Shown here piece after piece: positions 43,291 to 52,013 of a DNA stretch of 64,000 nucleotides; the stretch's first letter is position 1; every line of letters begins with the position of its first letter. Made by a program: the position numbers and the translations under genes. The notes below the pieces were generated by a model that made no database searches, was not told the origin of the DNA, and saw only the letters and a list, made by a program, of their open reading frames with translations. The stretch is from an uncultured Actinomycetota bacterium (GTDB lineage Bacteria > Actinomycetota > UBA4738 > HRBIN12), in assembly GCA_963762745.1 (NCBI GenBank), contig CAVXMB010000005.1, positions 72,283-136,282 of the forward strand, in the 5' to 3' direction.

Positions 43291-43750
43291 GTCCGTCGGG
43301 CTCGGTTTCGACGTGCATCCGTTCGCGTCCGAAGGCGAGCTGTGGCTCGGCGGGCTGCGCTTCGAAGGCGAGGTCGGCCTCGCGGGTCATTCCGACGGCG
43401 ACGTGGTCTGTCACGCGGTGGCGGACGCACTGCTCGGCGCCGTGGCACTCGGAGACATCGGTGAGCACTTCCCCGAGACGGCTGCCGAGACCGCGGGGAT
43501 CGCTGGGGACGCGCTCCTCGCCCGAACGCTTCGGATCCTTTCCGACGCCGGTCGCTCGCCGGTGTCGATGGACGTCACCGTCGTCTGCGACCGTCCGCAC
43601 ATCGCGCCCAGGAGGGCGGAGATGCGCGATCGGCTCGCCGCGATCTCCGGCCTCCCGGTCGACCGCGTGTCCGTGAAGGCCACGCGTCCGGAAGGACTCG
43701 GCCTGGTGGGGAACGGCATCGGGTGCCTGGCGCTCGCGGTGGTCGCGTGA
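43283..43750 (+). CDS. ispF: 2-C-methyl-D-erythritol 2,4-cyclodiphosphate synthase
   Basis: 155 aa. GLGFDVHPF...GHSDGDVVCHAVADALLGA...DIGEHFP. Confidence 0.93.
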   Translation: MSESVGLGFDVHPFASEGELWLGGLRFEGEVGLAGHSDGDVVCHAVADALLGAVALGDIGEHFPETAAETAGIAGDALLARTLRILSDAGRSPVSMDVTVVCDRPHIAPRRAEMRDRLAAISGLPVDRVSVKATRPEGLGLVGNGIGCLALAVVA

Positions 43751-44511
43751 GCGACGACCATGTCACGGGACGCCGTGCCGTCGTCGAAGCGTTGCGAGCG
43801 GGGCAGGTCCGGGAGGTGTTGATCGCCGTGGGCGCTCGTGACACGCAAGGTCTGCGAGCGGTCCGAGAAGAAGCCCGCGCGGCCAAGGTGCCCGTCCGCG
43901 CGACGGATCGGCGGGAGCTCGATCGATTGGCCGACGATCATCGCGGGGTCGTCGCGCGGACGGTCGGGGGCCGCGCCGCTCCCACCCAGATGGGCGAGCG
44001 GGATCTGGCCACCCTGGCGTTCGGGCCCGATGCGCTCGTCATCGTCCTGGACGGGATCACGGACCCGCAGAACCTGGGCGCGGCGGCGCGGACGGCGGAG
44101 GCGGCCGGCGCCGCGGCCCTCGTGACCCGCTCCCGACGTGCGGCCGGCGTCACGCCGGCCGCCGTGCGCGCGTCCGCCGGCGCCCTGGAGCACCTGCCGC
44201 ACGCCGTCGTCGCCAACATCGGCCGGGCGCTCGCCCGGCTCCAGGAAGCCGGCTTCACCGTGGTCGGTCTGGACGAGGGCGCTTCGGGCACGATCTTCGA
44301 CCAGCGTTGTCCGGACGGGCGCGTCGCGGTGGTCATCGGGTCGGAGGGGCAAGGCATGTCGAGGCTGGTCCGGGAACGCTGCGACCTGCTGGTCGCGCTT
44401 CCGGTGAAAGGTCACGTCGGCTCGCTGAACGCCTCGGCGGCCCTCGCCGCGGCCCTCTACGGCTTCGTCCTCCCGGCTCGAGTCGTTGCCTCTCCCGGGG
44501 GACGTGGCTAG
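43747..44511 (+). CDS. TrmH/SpoU-family RNA 2'-O-methyltransferase (RlmB-like)
   Basis: GTG 43747 (GTGA overlap with ispF); track ORF starts at 43723. GRRAVVEALRAG...LDGITDPQNLGAAARTAEAAG...VIGSEGQGMSRLV...GSLNASAA. Confidence 0.85.
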   Translation: MSDDHVTGRRAVVEALRAGQVREVLIAVGARDTQGLRAVREEARAAKVPVRATDRRELDRLADDHRGVVARTVGGRAAPTQMGERDLATLAFGPDALVIVLDGITDPQNLGAAARTAEAAGAAALVTRSRRAAGVTPAAVRASAGALEHLPHAVVANIGRALARLQEAGFTVVGLDEGASGTIFDQRCPDGRVAVVIGSEGQGMSRLVRERCDLLVALPVKGHVGSLNASAALAAALYGFVLPARVVASPGGRG

Positions 44512-44544
44512 GCTCGGCCGTGCCGGGGCACCCGGCGCCCACCG

Positions 44545-44994
44545 ATGAGCGATATCCCGCCTCCCCCAGCCTGGGATCCAGCCGGCAGCGTGCCGACCCC
44601 ACGCGCCGCCCCCGCTCGGCGCCCTCCGATGATCACCTACGCCGGCCTGATCCTGCTGATCTCCGGCGCGCTGTCGCTGCTCTTCGGGATCGTGACGTTG
44701 ACGAGCGACGCGCGCCTCCTCGTCCCGGAAGGCGGGATGAGCGAGGAGGTCGTCGCCGGGTACCTGATCGTCAGCGGCGGACTCTCGCTGGTCGCCGGCT
44801 GGCTGGTGCTGCGCCTGCGACCGGCGGGGAGGGTGCTCGGGATCGTGCTGGCGACCCTCGGCATCGTGACCGGGCTGGTGCAGATCGGGGACACCGGGGG
44901 ACCGGGCCTGCTCGCGATCGCGCTCAACGCGTTCGTCCTCTACGGGCTCTTCACGTTCGGGTTCGTGTTCAAGAACCAGCCATCGCCCCGCTAG
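44545..44994 (+). CDS. membrane protein, unknown function (149 aa, 4 TM)
   Basis: Pro-rich N-terminus, then four hydrophobic helices. High GC3. Confidence 0.7.
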   Translation: MSDIPPPPAWDPAGSVPTPRAAPARRPPMITYAGLILLISGALSLLFGIVTLTSDARLLVPEGGMSEEVVAGYLIVSGGLSLVAGWLVLRLRPAGRVLGIVLATLGIVTGLVQIGDTGGPGLLAIALNAFVLYGLFTFGFVFKNQPSPR

Positions 44995-45005
44995 ACTCGG
45001 ACACG

Positions 45006-45078
45006 GCCGGCGTGGCGCAGCTGGTAGCGCAAGCGATTTGTAATCGCTAGGTCGTCGGTTCGAGTCCGACCGCCGGCT
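45006..45078 (+). tRNA. tRNA-Thr (anticodon TGT)
   Basis: Acceptor GCCGGCG/CGCCGGC, D arm GCGC-AGCTGGTA-GCGC, anticodon stem AGCGA/TCGCT with loop TTTGTAA, T arm GTCGG-TTCGAGT-CCGAC. CCA is not encoded. Confidence 0.9.
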
Positions 45079-45142
45079 CCGAAGGCGCAGCGATCGCTCG
45101 ATGGCGTCAGGGCCTCAGCGAGCGAGATTTGGGCGCCCCCCC

Positions 45143-45172
45143 TTGTGGGTTGTCGCCCAACCGGCCTAGTAT
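45143..45172 (+). promoter_or_regulatory. candidate promoter for the small Gly-rich protein gene
   Basis: TTGTGG (45143-45148), 18-nt spacer, TAGTAT (45167-45172). GGAAGGAAGG RBS before ATG 45228. Confidence 0.3.
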
Positions 45173-45227
45173 GCCGGGTGGACATCTCGATCTATCGACC
45201 TATCGATACGGAAGGAAGGCGGTGACG

Positions 45228-45497
45228 ATGAAGCGCTTCATCGGAGCAAGTATCGCGGCGATCGTGTATTCGGTCGTTCTGCCACTCGCGGCCCTCGCGC
45301 AAGAAGGCTCCGGCCTGGGTGAGCCTGAGGGGCCGACCGTCGGTGGAACCGGCGGGAGCGTCGGTGGGACCGGAGGGTCAGCGTTCACGGGTGCTGAGAT
45401 CGCGGGGCTCGTCGCCCTGGCTGTCGGGCTGCTGGTGGTGGGACTGGTGATCGTCGCCTTCTCCCGTCGGCGACCGGCTTCACGCATCGAGGCCTAG
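45228..45497 (+). CDS. small secreted Gly-rich protein with C-terminal sorting-signal-like anchor
   Basis: ATG 45228 within track ORF 45129-45497. Signal peptide MKRFIGASIAAIVYSVVLPLAALA, (GGTGGS)-type repeats, then SAFTG + hydrophobic stretch + RRRP tail. Confidence 0.7.
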   Translation: MKRFIGASIAAIVYSVVLPLAALAQEGSGLGEPEGPTVGGTGGSVGGTGGSAFTGAEIAGLVALAVGLLVVGLVIVAFSRRRPASRIEA

Positions 45498-45537
45498 AGC
45501 CTCTTCACAGCGTTCGGTCACGGTTCCGCGAGGAGTC

Positions 45538-47502
45538 TCAGAACAGGTCGGAGATCGCCTGCCAGAGACGCACCGGTAGCGATGGGGCCTCGAACGTGAC
45601 CTCGAGCTCCAGTTCGCCCTGGAGTACGCCCTCCCACGTCGCCACCCCATCGTGGGCGCGCACGCCATCGCTCCACGCCGTGAAGTGCATGCCCTCAGGC
45701 GCGAGGATCCGGATGCTCGCATGCGTCTGCCGGATCGTGGTCTGACCGAGGACGGTCAACCGATAGGAACCGCCGGAGGCGTCCCCTTCCCACGACCCGC
45801 GCGTTTCCGTGTGGACAGCGAGCACCCCCGTCCGCCCGGAGGGGATCCTGAAGTAGTCCTGGTGATAGGGATAGCCGAGCTCGGTGCCCGTGTGCAAGGC
45901 CACGCGCTGGTCGTCGCGTTCGGCCCGGACCAGGTCGCAGCGCCTTCCACAGAACACGGAGATCAACGGGATGTTGTCCCCGGCTTGGCCGAGGCCCGGG
46001 CCGATGACGTAGCGAGGCTGTCCCGACGTCGGGGCGCCGTTCTCGATCGAAGTGACCGTGAGGGCCGTCGAATCCGAGTCCGGGAGAAGCGTCACCTCGT
46101 GGCGGACCGATCGCCGGGCGAAGAAGTCGACCTTGGCACCCGCCCCGGCGTTCACGATCACGCCGAGCAGATCACCCTCCTGCGGCCGCAGGCCGTTGTC
46201 GAGGCCCGATCCGACCAGGGCCTGTTGCATGGCCGCGTCGACGGTGTAGATCTTCAGATGTCCCTCGGTGACCGATCGGCCCATCGCACGGAGCCTGGGC
46301 ACCACGCGCCCATCGAGCGCCAGGAATCGGTCGAAGACCGCCAACGCGACCTGGCCCAAGAGCGCTTTGCGGGTCCGTGAATCGGGGAAGCGCGCGAATG
46401 CGCGGTTCGACAGGAGCGGGACGACGTTCTCGTTCGTGACGACCACGGGCGGGCGGGACAGACGGATCGGCCCCGTCACCCCGAGGAGATGCTCGAGGGT
46501 GAACGGATCCGCGGTGAGGACGCCGTCCAGCGGCTCGCCCCCGATCGCTTCCCACAAGCCCAGCGCCGTGCGGGCGGCAGACGGGAAGTCGGGCGTCATG
46601 TTCGTGTTCAACCAATAGCCGGGTGCCCCCCACCGGTCGTAGTTGCGGCGGTATTCGGGGTTGGGAGCGGGCGCAGTGTCCGACGGGAGGTTTCGCAGCG
46701 ATTGGATGGGGCGGAAGCCCGAGAACGTGAGCCGGCCCTCCTCGAGCCGCAGGATGGAGTACGCGCCCCAGAGCCCGCCGGTGCCCCGGAGCTCCGCGGG
46801 GTTCTCGGCGAGGAACAGGTATCGGCGAGGTTCGTTGCCACCTGCGAACTCGGGCAAGCCGCGTGCGAACGCCTCCCACGACTCGAGGGCTCTCTCGACC
46901 TCCTCGAAACGCTTCAATGCGCGGCGGCGTGCATCCGCGACCTGCCCGGGCAAAGGCGAGTCCGGCGAAGAGCGGATCGCGTCCACCGCGAGGGACGTCT
47001 CCGTCCGCGCCTGCTCGAGTGGCTCGCCCAGCGCAGAGAAGGCCTCGAACGGGAGCGCACCGTCGGCGGGAGCGAGCGACTCCATCCCGCCGGGGAGTCT
47101 GTCGATCGCGGTCGACATCGCGAGGCCGGCTTTGGCCGAGTGGCCTCCGGCCTCGGCCAGCGCGGCGGCGACGTCGGCGGTTCGTCCCATGACGGGCATG
47201 AACCGGCCGAAGATGGACGGGCCGGAGTTCATCTCGGCGTCCGCCGCGCGGAACGAGCGGAGCGCGTCTTCGAAGGAGCCGGTGGCCTCGTCGATGCGCC
47301 CGTCGACCAGCGCGCGGCCGCCTCGCTCGAGTGCCGCGCGACCGTCCTCGAGTTCCTCGCGGACACCGAGTGCGCCGATCGCCACCGCGGCCGCACCCGC
47401 GACGGCAAGCGCGAGGAGGAACAGCACGAGAAGCAACAGGACGCGTCGAGCGGGCGGCCTGCGGGGCCGGTCGTCCGTCGTCATCGAGTGATCCGTTCCC
47501 AC
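45538..47502 (-). CDS. DUF4012-type membrane-anchored protein
   Basis: 654 aa. N-terminal TM VLLLLVLFLLALAVAGAAAVAIG, NPAELRGTGGLWGAYSIL and TNMTPDFPSAA as I recall for DUF4012. The family name needs an HMM check. Confidence 0.75.
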   Translation of the reverse strand: MGTDHSMTTDDRPRRPPARRVLLLLVLFLLALAVAGAAAVAIGALGVREELEDGRAALERGGRALVDGRIDEATGSFEDALRSFRAADAEMNSGPSIFGRFMPVMGRTADVAAALAEAGGHSAKAGLAMSTAIDRLPGGMESLAPADGALPFEAFSALGEPLEQARTETSLAVDAIRSSPDSPLPGQVADARRRALKRFEEVERALESWEAFARGLPEFAGGNEPRRYLFLAENPAELRGTGGLWGAYSILRLEEGRLTFSGFRPIQSLRNLPSDTAPAPNPEYRRNYDRWGAPGYWLNTNMTPDFPSAARTALGLWEAIGGEPLDGVLTADPFTLEHLLGVTGPIRLSRPPVVVTNENVVPLLSNRAFARFPDSRTRKALLGQVALAVFDRFLALDGRVVPRLRAMGRSVTEGHLKIYTVDAAMQQALVGSGLDNGLRPQEGDLLGVIVNAGAGAKVDFFARRSVRHEVTLLPDSDSTALTVTSIENGAPTSGQPRYVIGPGLGQAGDNIPLISVFCGRRCDLVRAERDDQRVALHTGTELGYPYHQDYFRIPSGRTGVLAVHTETRGSWEGDASGGSYRLTVLGQTTIRQTHASIRILAPEGMHFTAWSDGVRAHDGVATWEGVLQGELELEVTFEAPSLPVRLWQAISDLF

Positions 47503-47545
47503 TCCATCGTCCGATGGTAGGGGTTCGGGGGGTTGAGGAGATCCG

Positions 47546-49771
47546 CTACGACCCCGGCAGGAACACGTGGAACGACGCCCCTCCGCCCTCGCGTTCCTCC
47601 GCCCACGCGTTGCCGCCGTGGAGCTCGGCGAAACGACGGACGAGCGAGAGCCCGATGCCGACCCCGGGCGCGTGCACGGAGGAGGACCCCGGCGCCTGGC
47701 GGAAGGGCTCGAAGACCGCCTCTCGGAGCTCCGGGGGCACGCCCGGGCCGTCGTCTTCCACGATGAACAACACCCCGTCGTCCTTCGGCCTGGCCCGCAC
47801 CCAGATCTTCGCCTCCGTGGGAGTGTGCCGGAGGCTGTTGGACAAGAGGTTCTCGAGGATCCGTTCCGTCTTGGCCTGGTCGATCTGCGCGGTCCCCGGC
47901 TGCACGTCCACCTCGATCGTCCGCCCGTGGGTCTCCATCTCCTGGACGGCTCGGTGGACGAAGTCGGCCAGATCCGTCGTGCGACGCTTCGGCGAGACGA
48001 TCCCGCGCTGGAGCCGGTCGAGGTCGAGAAGGTCGGAGAGGAGTCGCTCGAGCTTCCTGGCGTTCGCGGCGATCCGGCTGACCATGTCGAGCGCTTCGTC
48101 GGCGGGGAGGTCGAGCTTCGAGCGCTCGAGCGTGAGGGCTGAGCCCAGGATGGACGTGAGCGGCGTGCGGAGGTCGTGGGAGACGGCTTCGAGGAACGTG
48201 TTCTTCATCTCGTCGAGCATGCGGAGACGTTGCGCTGCCTCACGTTCGCGCTTGAAGGCGTCTGAGTACTTCCGTTCGCTCGCGCGGAGCGCTCGTTCCG
48301 CCCGCTTCCGCTCGGTGATGTCGACCATCAGGCCTCTCAGGATGGTCGGTCCGCCTCCGCGGCCACGGATCACGTGGATCAGGTCGCGGATCCACCGCGG
48401 TGACCCGTCCTCGCTCGGAACCCGATACTCCAGTGCCTCACCGACTCCGCTCGCGATCGCACGCTGCAGTCCCGCCATGGCGTCTTCGCGGTCGGGTTCC
48501 TCGATGTGGGAGCCCCACACGCGCCTCTCGGTCGGCCACGACTCCGTCTCCCCGCCGAACAGGTCGTTGATCGCGCCTGCGACGAACGTGAACTCCAGAT
48601 CGGGAAGCGACGCCTCCCAGAACGCGGCGTCCAGACCCGCGACCAGCTCGTGGAACCGCTCGAGCTCGGACATCCGCCTCGCATTGCCGAGTGCGAGCGA
48701 CGTGAGATCGGCGACCCCGCGGATCAGCCGTCGTTCGCGATCGGCGAAGATCCCCTCGCCGTCATGGCCGACCACCGCGATCGTGCCTGCTCCATCGGGC
48801 TCCCACGACACGGGGACGACCAGCACCTCCCGGGCTTCTTTCGACACCACGAAATCCTGGTCTTTGACCAGCGGAGACCTCCGAGAGAACACCAGCGGTT
48901 CGTCGTCGTCGAACATGACCGATGCCACGATCGACTCCGGGACGTCCCCGATCTCTTGCCGCGGGCGGATCGCATCAGCGTCGAGCGTGAGGAGCCGCGC
49001 GAGCCGGAAGTCACCGGTGTGCTCGTCCCGGACGTGGAACGCGACCGCGGCGGCATCGATCAGTGAGGACACGGTCTCGATCGCTCCCTGCAGGATGTCG
49101 CCGACCGATCGGAGCTGCGTGAGTCGCTTCGAGAGTCCGAGGAGTGCCGCCGACGTCTCCGCCGCCTCGCGCTCCGCCTGCAGGAGTTTCGCGTTGGAGA
49201 TCGCGATCGCGGCGTGCGACGCCAGGACCTCGAGGAGGCGCTGGTCCTCTTCGTCGAAGGCGCCGTAACCGAGACTGGAGAGGACGATCACGCCTTGGAC
49301 CGCCTCGCCGACCGTCATGGGGACGGCGAGCATCGACTCGAGGATGTCCTCGGTGTCGGCGATCTGGACGGCGAAGGGGACGAGCCTCGCATCCGGAGTC
49401 AAAACCGACGTTCGATGTTCCGCGACCCAGCCCGTGATGCCCTCGCCGACCTGGGTGATGAGCTCCTCCAGCGTCTCGTGCGCGTACTCGTAGAAGATCT
49501 CGCCGCGGAACGCGACGGGCATGAGGGTCCGCCCGTCCTCCTGCATCACGTACACGCGGCAGTTGTGGTAGTCGAGGATCGTCCGGAGCTCTTCGGTGAT
49601 CGCCGCACCGATCTCCTCCACGTCGTTCATGCTCGCCAGCGCGGCCGCCATGCTGTGCAGCATGTTGAGCTGCGCGACGAAGCGGAGATCAGCCGCAGGC
49701 GCGGCCTTCTCTTCGACGTGATCGCCAGTTGCCATCGACCGATGCCTTCCTGAACCCTCCCATCCTCCCAT
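47546..49771 (-). CDS. cytoplasmic sensor histidine kinase (GAF-GAF-PAS-HisKA-HATPase_c)
   Basis: 741 aa (start possibly Met 49735). H-box FLEAVSHDLRTPLTSI. EDDGPGVP and GVGIGLSLVRRFAELHGG. Confidence 0.9.
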   Translation of the reverse strand: MGGWEGSGRHRSMATGDHVEEKAAPAADLRFVAQLNMLHSMAAALASMNDVEEIGAAITEELRTILDYHNCRVYVMQEDGRTLMPVAFRGEIFYEYAHETLEELITQVGEGITGWVAEHRTSVLTPDARLVPFAVQIADTEDILESMLAVPMTVGEAVQGVIVLSSLGYGAFDEEDQRLLEVLASHAAIAISNAKLLQAEREAAETSAALLGLSKRLTQLRSVGDILQGAIETVSSLIDAAAVAFHVRDEHTGDFRLARLLTLDADAIRPRQEIGDVPESIVASVMFDDDEPLVFSRRSPLVKDQDFVVSKEAREVLVVPVSWEPDGAGTIAVVGHDGEGIFADRERRLIRGVADLTSLALGNARRMSELERFHELVAGLDAAFWEASLPDLEFTFVAGAINDLFGGETESWPTERRVWGSHIEEPDREDAMAGLQRAIASGVGEALEYRVPSEDGSPRWIRDLIHVIRGRGGGPTILRGLMVDITERKRAERALRASERKYSDAFKREREAAQRLRMLDEMKNTFLEAVSHDLRTPLTSILGSALTLERSKLDLPADEALDMVSRIAANARKLERLLSDLLDLDRLQRGIVSPKRRTTDLADFVHRAVQEMETHGRTIEVDVQPGTAQIDQAKTERILENLLSNSLRHTPTEAKIWVRARPKDDGVLFIVEDDGPGVPPELREAVFEPFRQAPGSSSVHAPGVGIGLSLVRRFAELHGGNAWAEEREGGGASFHVFLPGS

Positions 49772-49837
49772 CCCTCAAGATGTCGGGAGGAACGGGGTAG
49801 TGCTTGAACCAGGCGTGGCGGAGGCTACCCTCGCGAC

Positions 49838-50122
49838 ATGGGAGACAGGCGCCGCCGAACCACGCCGCCATCGGCGCTGGACCAGCGTTCGAAAGACATC
49901 CTGGACTTCGAACGCGAGGCCTGGAAGCTGTCCGTGACGAAGGAGCGTGCGATCCGGGAGCGGTTCAGCTTCTCTCCGTCCCGCTACCACCAGGTCCTTC
50001 ATCGGGTCATCGATCGTCCCGAAGCTCTCCTCTACGATCCGATGCTGGTTCGCCGGTTGCGGCGTGTGCGCGAGGTGAGGCGGCGGGCCCGCACGGCCTC
50101 AGGCCTGGGCGTTCGCGTCTGA
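49838..50122 (+). CDS. DUF3263-family protein
   Basis: 94 aa. ILDFEREAWKLSVTKERAIRERFSFSPSRYHQVLHRVIDRPEALLYDPMLVRRL. Confidence 0.8.
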   Translation: MGDRRRRTTPPSALDQRSKDILDFEREAWKLSVTKERAIRERFSFSPSRYHQVLHRVIDRPEALLYDPMLVRRLRRVREVRRRARTASGLGVRV

Positions 50123-50154
50123 GCCGGGCGCAGATTGGCCGGTAGGATGGGCCC

Positions 50155-50655
50155 GTGAATCCAGGCGTCGCCCGGCTGGCCATCGTGATCGCCCTCGTGA
50201 TCGGGGGAATCGCCGTGCTGACCAACGGTTTCTCCGACGGAGCATCGATCGCGAACCCCACCGACTCACCGTCTCCGAGCCCGTCGGACAGTCCGTCCCC
50301 GTCGCGCTCCCCCCAGCAGTCGATCGTCCCGAACCAGGAGGGAGTGCTGGTTCAAGTGCTGAACGGGACCTCGCAGGCCGGGTACGCGGGAGACTTCCAG
50401 ATCCTGCTCGAGGAGGAGGGCTACCTGCGGGCCGGCGAGCCGGCGGACGCGCCCGACAAGCCGGTGCTGGACTCGATCGTCTACTTCCGCCCGGACGACA
50501 ACCGGGCGCAGAACCGCGCGGACGCGCAGCTCCTGTCGGAGACCTACCTCGGCGGCGTCCCCGTGAGGCCGATGCCCGCGACCCTCGACGATTCGGTGTC
50601 GGAGTCGGCGGACGTGGTCGTGGTGCTCGGCGAGGACCAAGCCGGCTCGCCCTGA
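50155..50655 (+). CDS. LytR_C (LytR cell-envelope-related C-terminal) domain protein
   Basis: 166 aa. TM anchor, Ser/Pro linker, VQVLNGTSQAGYAGDFQILLEEEGY...VVVVLGED. Confidence 0.8.
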   Translation: MNPGVARLAIVIALVIGGIAVLTNGFSDGASIANPTDSPSPSPSDSPSPSRSPQQSIVPNQEGVLVQVLNGTSQAGYAGDFQILLEEEGYLRAGEPADAPDKPVLDSIVYFRPDDNRAQNRADAQLLSETYLGGVPVRPMPATLDDSVSESADVVVVLGEDQAGSP

Positions 50656-50659
50656 GGCC

Positions 50660-51034
50660 TCAGGTCCGCTCCTTCGACACCAGCGACTCCACCAGCTCGC
50701 AGAGCTCGTTGGGCAGGAACGGCTTCGTGAGGAAGTCGGAAGCGCCCAGTCCGTGTGAGCGTTCCCGATCGGCACGGAGCGACTTCGCGGTGAGCACGAG
50801 GACCGGGATGTCCGACGTCTGCGCGTCCTCCTTGAGTGTCTCGAGCACCTCGTAGCCGGTCATCCCCGGGAGCATGAGATCGAGGACGATCACGTCGGGG
50901 TGCCGCTCCCTCGCCAGCTGCAACGCCCTGCTCCCCTCGGAGGCCTCCAGCACCTCGTGGCCACGCTGCTGCAGGTTGAGCCTGCACAGGAGGAGGACGT
51001 CAGGCTCGTCGTCGACGACCAGCACCCGACCCAT
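50660..51034 (-). CDS. single-domain response regulator (CheY-like receiver)
   Basis: 124 aa. RVLVVDDEPDVLLL...DVIVLDLMLPGMTG...VLVLTAK...DFLTKPF. Confidence 0.9.
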   Translation of the reverse strand: MGRVLVVDDEPDVLLLCRLNLQQRGHEVLEASEGSRALQLARERHPDVIVLDLMLPGMTGYEVLETLKEDAQTSDIPVLVLTAKSLRADRERSHGLGASDFLTKPFLPNELCELVESLVSKERT

Positions 51035-51148
51035 CCGACCTGTCCTCCTTCCGGGGTAGCCCGCTCAACCTACATCGATGGAATCATCGGATCGGGAGCC
51101 TTCCTGGCTGCATACCCGGAACGTGGGTGATCCTGGCAGGTCGCCCCG

Positions 51149-51177
51149 TTGACGGCTGTGAGCGCCCCTCCTACGCT
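51149..51177 (+). promoter_or_regulatory. candidate promoter for the Rrf2 regulator gene
   Basis: TTGACG (51149-51154), 17-nt spacer, TACGCT (51172-51177), 22 nt before ATG 51199. Confidence 0.35.
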
Positions 51178-51198
51178 CGATGCCGAAAGGACACTCCC

Positions 51199-51669
51199 AT
51201 GCTGAAGGTCTCCCAGAAGCTCGAGTACGCGATGCGGGCCATGATCGAGTTGGCGGATGGCAGCCACGTCGGCGTCCTCGTGCCCGCGAGGGAGATCGCT
51301 TCACGCCAGCAGATCCCGCTCCGGTTCCTCGAGCAGCAGCTGGGTGCCCTCTCGAAAGCGGGCCTCGTGGAGAGCTTCCGAGGAGGGGGTGGTGGGTGCC
51401 GGCTGGCGCGATCCCCGGGGGAGATCACCGTCGCCGAGATCGCGGACGCGATCGAAGGCCAGATCTTCCCGGTGTTCTGCCTGGAGCCTTCCGATCACAC
51501 GTGTTTCCAGGACTCACGCTGTGGGCTGCAAGGCTTCTGGGCCGATGTGGCGAGGGCCGTCCAGGCCGTGTTCGCCGAGACGACGGTGGCGGACCTCTCG
51601 GCCCGCCACCGCCGGATGACGCCGGGACGCGTGCTGGTCAGCCCCGAGCAGCTCCTGTCTCGTCCCTAG
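51199..51669 (+). CDS. Rrf2-family transcriptional regulator (three-Cys, probably Fe-S binding)
   Basis: ATG 51199 within track ORF 51127-51669. [19 protein letters not shown]...[31 protein letters not shown]. Cys cluster [15 protein letters not shown]. Confidence 0.88.
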   Translation: MLKVSQKLEYAMRAMIELADGSHVGVLVPAREIASRQQIPLRFLEQQLGALSKAGLVESFRGGGGGCRLARSPGEITVAEIADAIEGQIFPVFCLEPSDHTCFQDSRCGLQGFWADVARAVQAVFAETTVADLSARHRRMTPGRVLVSPEQLLSRP

Positions 51670-51851
51670 GACGCCGCTACGTCTGCCTTGCCCAGGATCC
51701 GCATGACCTTGGTTCCGCACACGGGACACGTTCCCGATGCGGCGTTCCGCCCGTTCTTCAGGGTGACGACCGTCCCCTCGAACTGACGCTTCGCCTTGCA
51801 CTTCACGCAATACGCCTCGTACTGAGCCACTATGTCCTCCCTTCCCCCCAT
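51666..51851 (-). CDS. small zinc-ribbon protein (DUF5679-like)
   Basis: [36 protein letters not shown]. Start is ATG 51851 or, more likely, GTG 51830, which is preceded by AAGGGAGG plus 5 nt. The track ORF upstream extension is Arg-rich. Confidence 0.7.
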   Translation of the reverse strand: MGGREDIVAQYEAYCVKCKAKRQFEGTVVTLKNGRNAASGTCPVCGTKVMRILGKADVAAS

Positions 51852-52013
51852 CGTGCTCCGGAGCCGCCTCGATGGGCGGCTCCGAGCACGATGGTGGCTC
51901 TGTCCTCTCACGTATGCAAGCACCCCCAGGCTCGCGCGTCACACGGGCCCTCCCGTACGATTGGTGCTCCGAGCCCTCAGAGAGGGGCCAGAGGGAGCAG
52001 GAAGGGACCTGGC

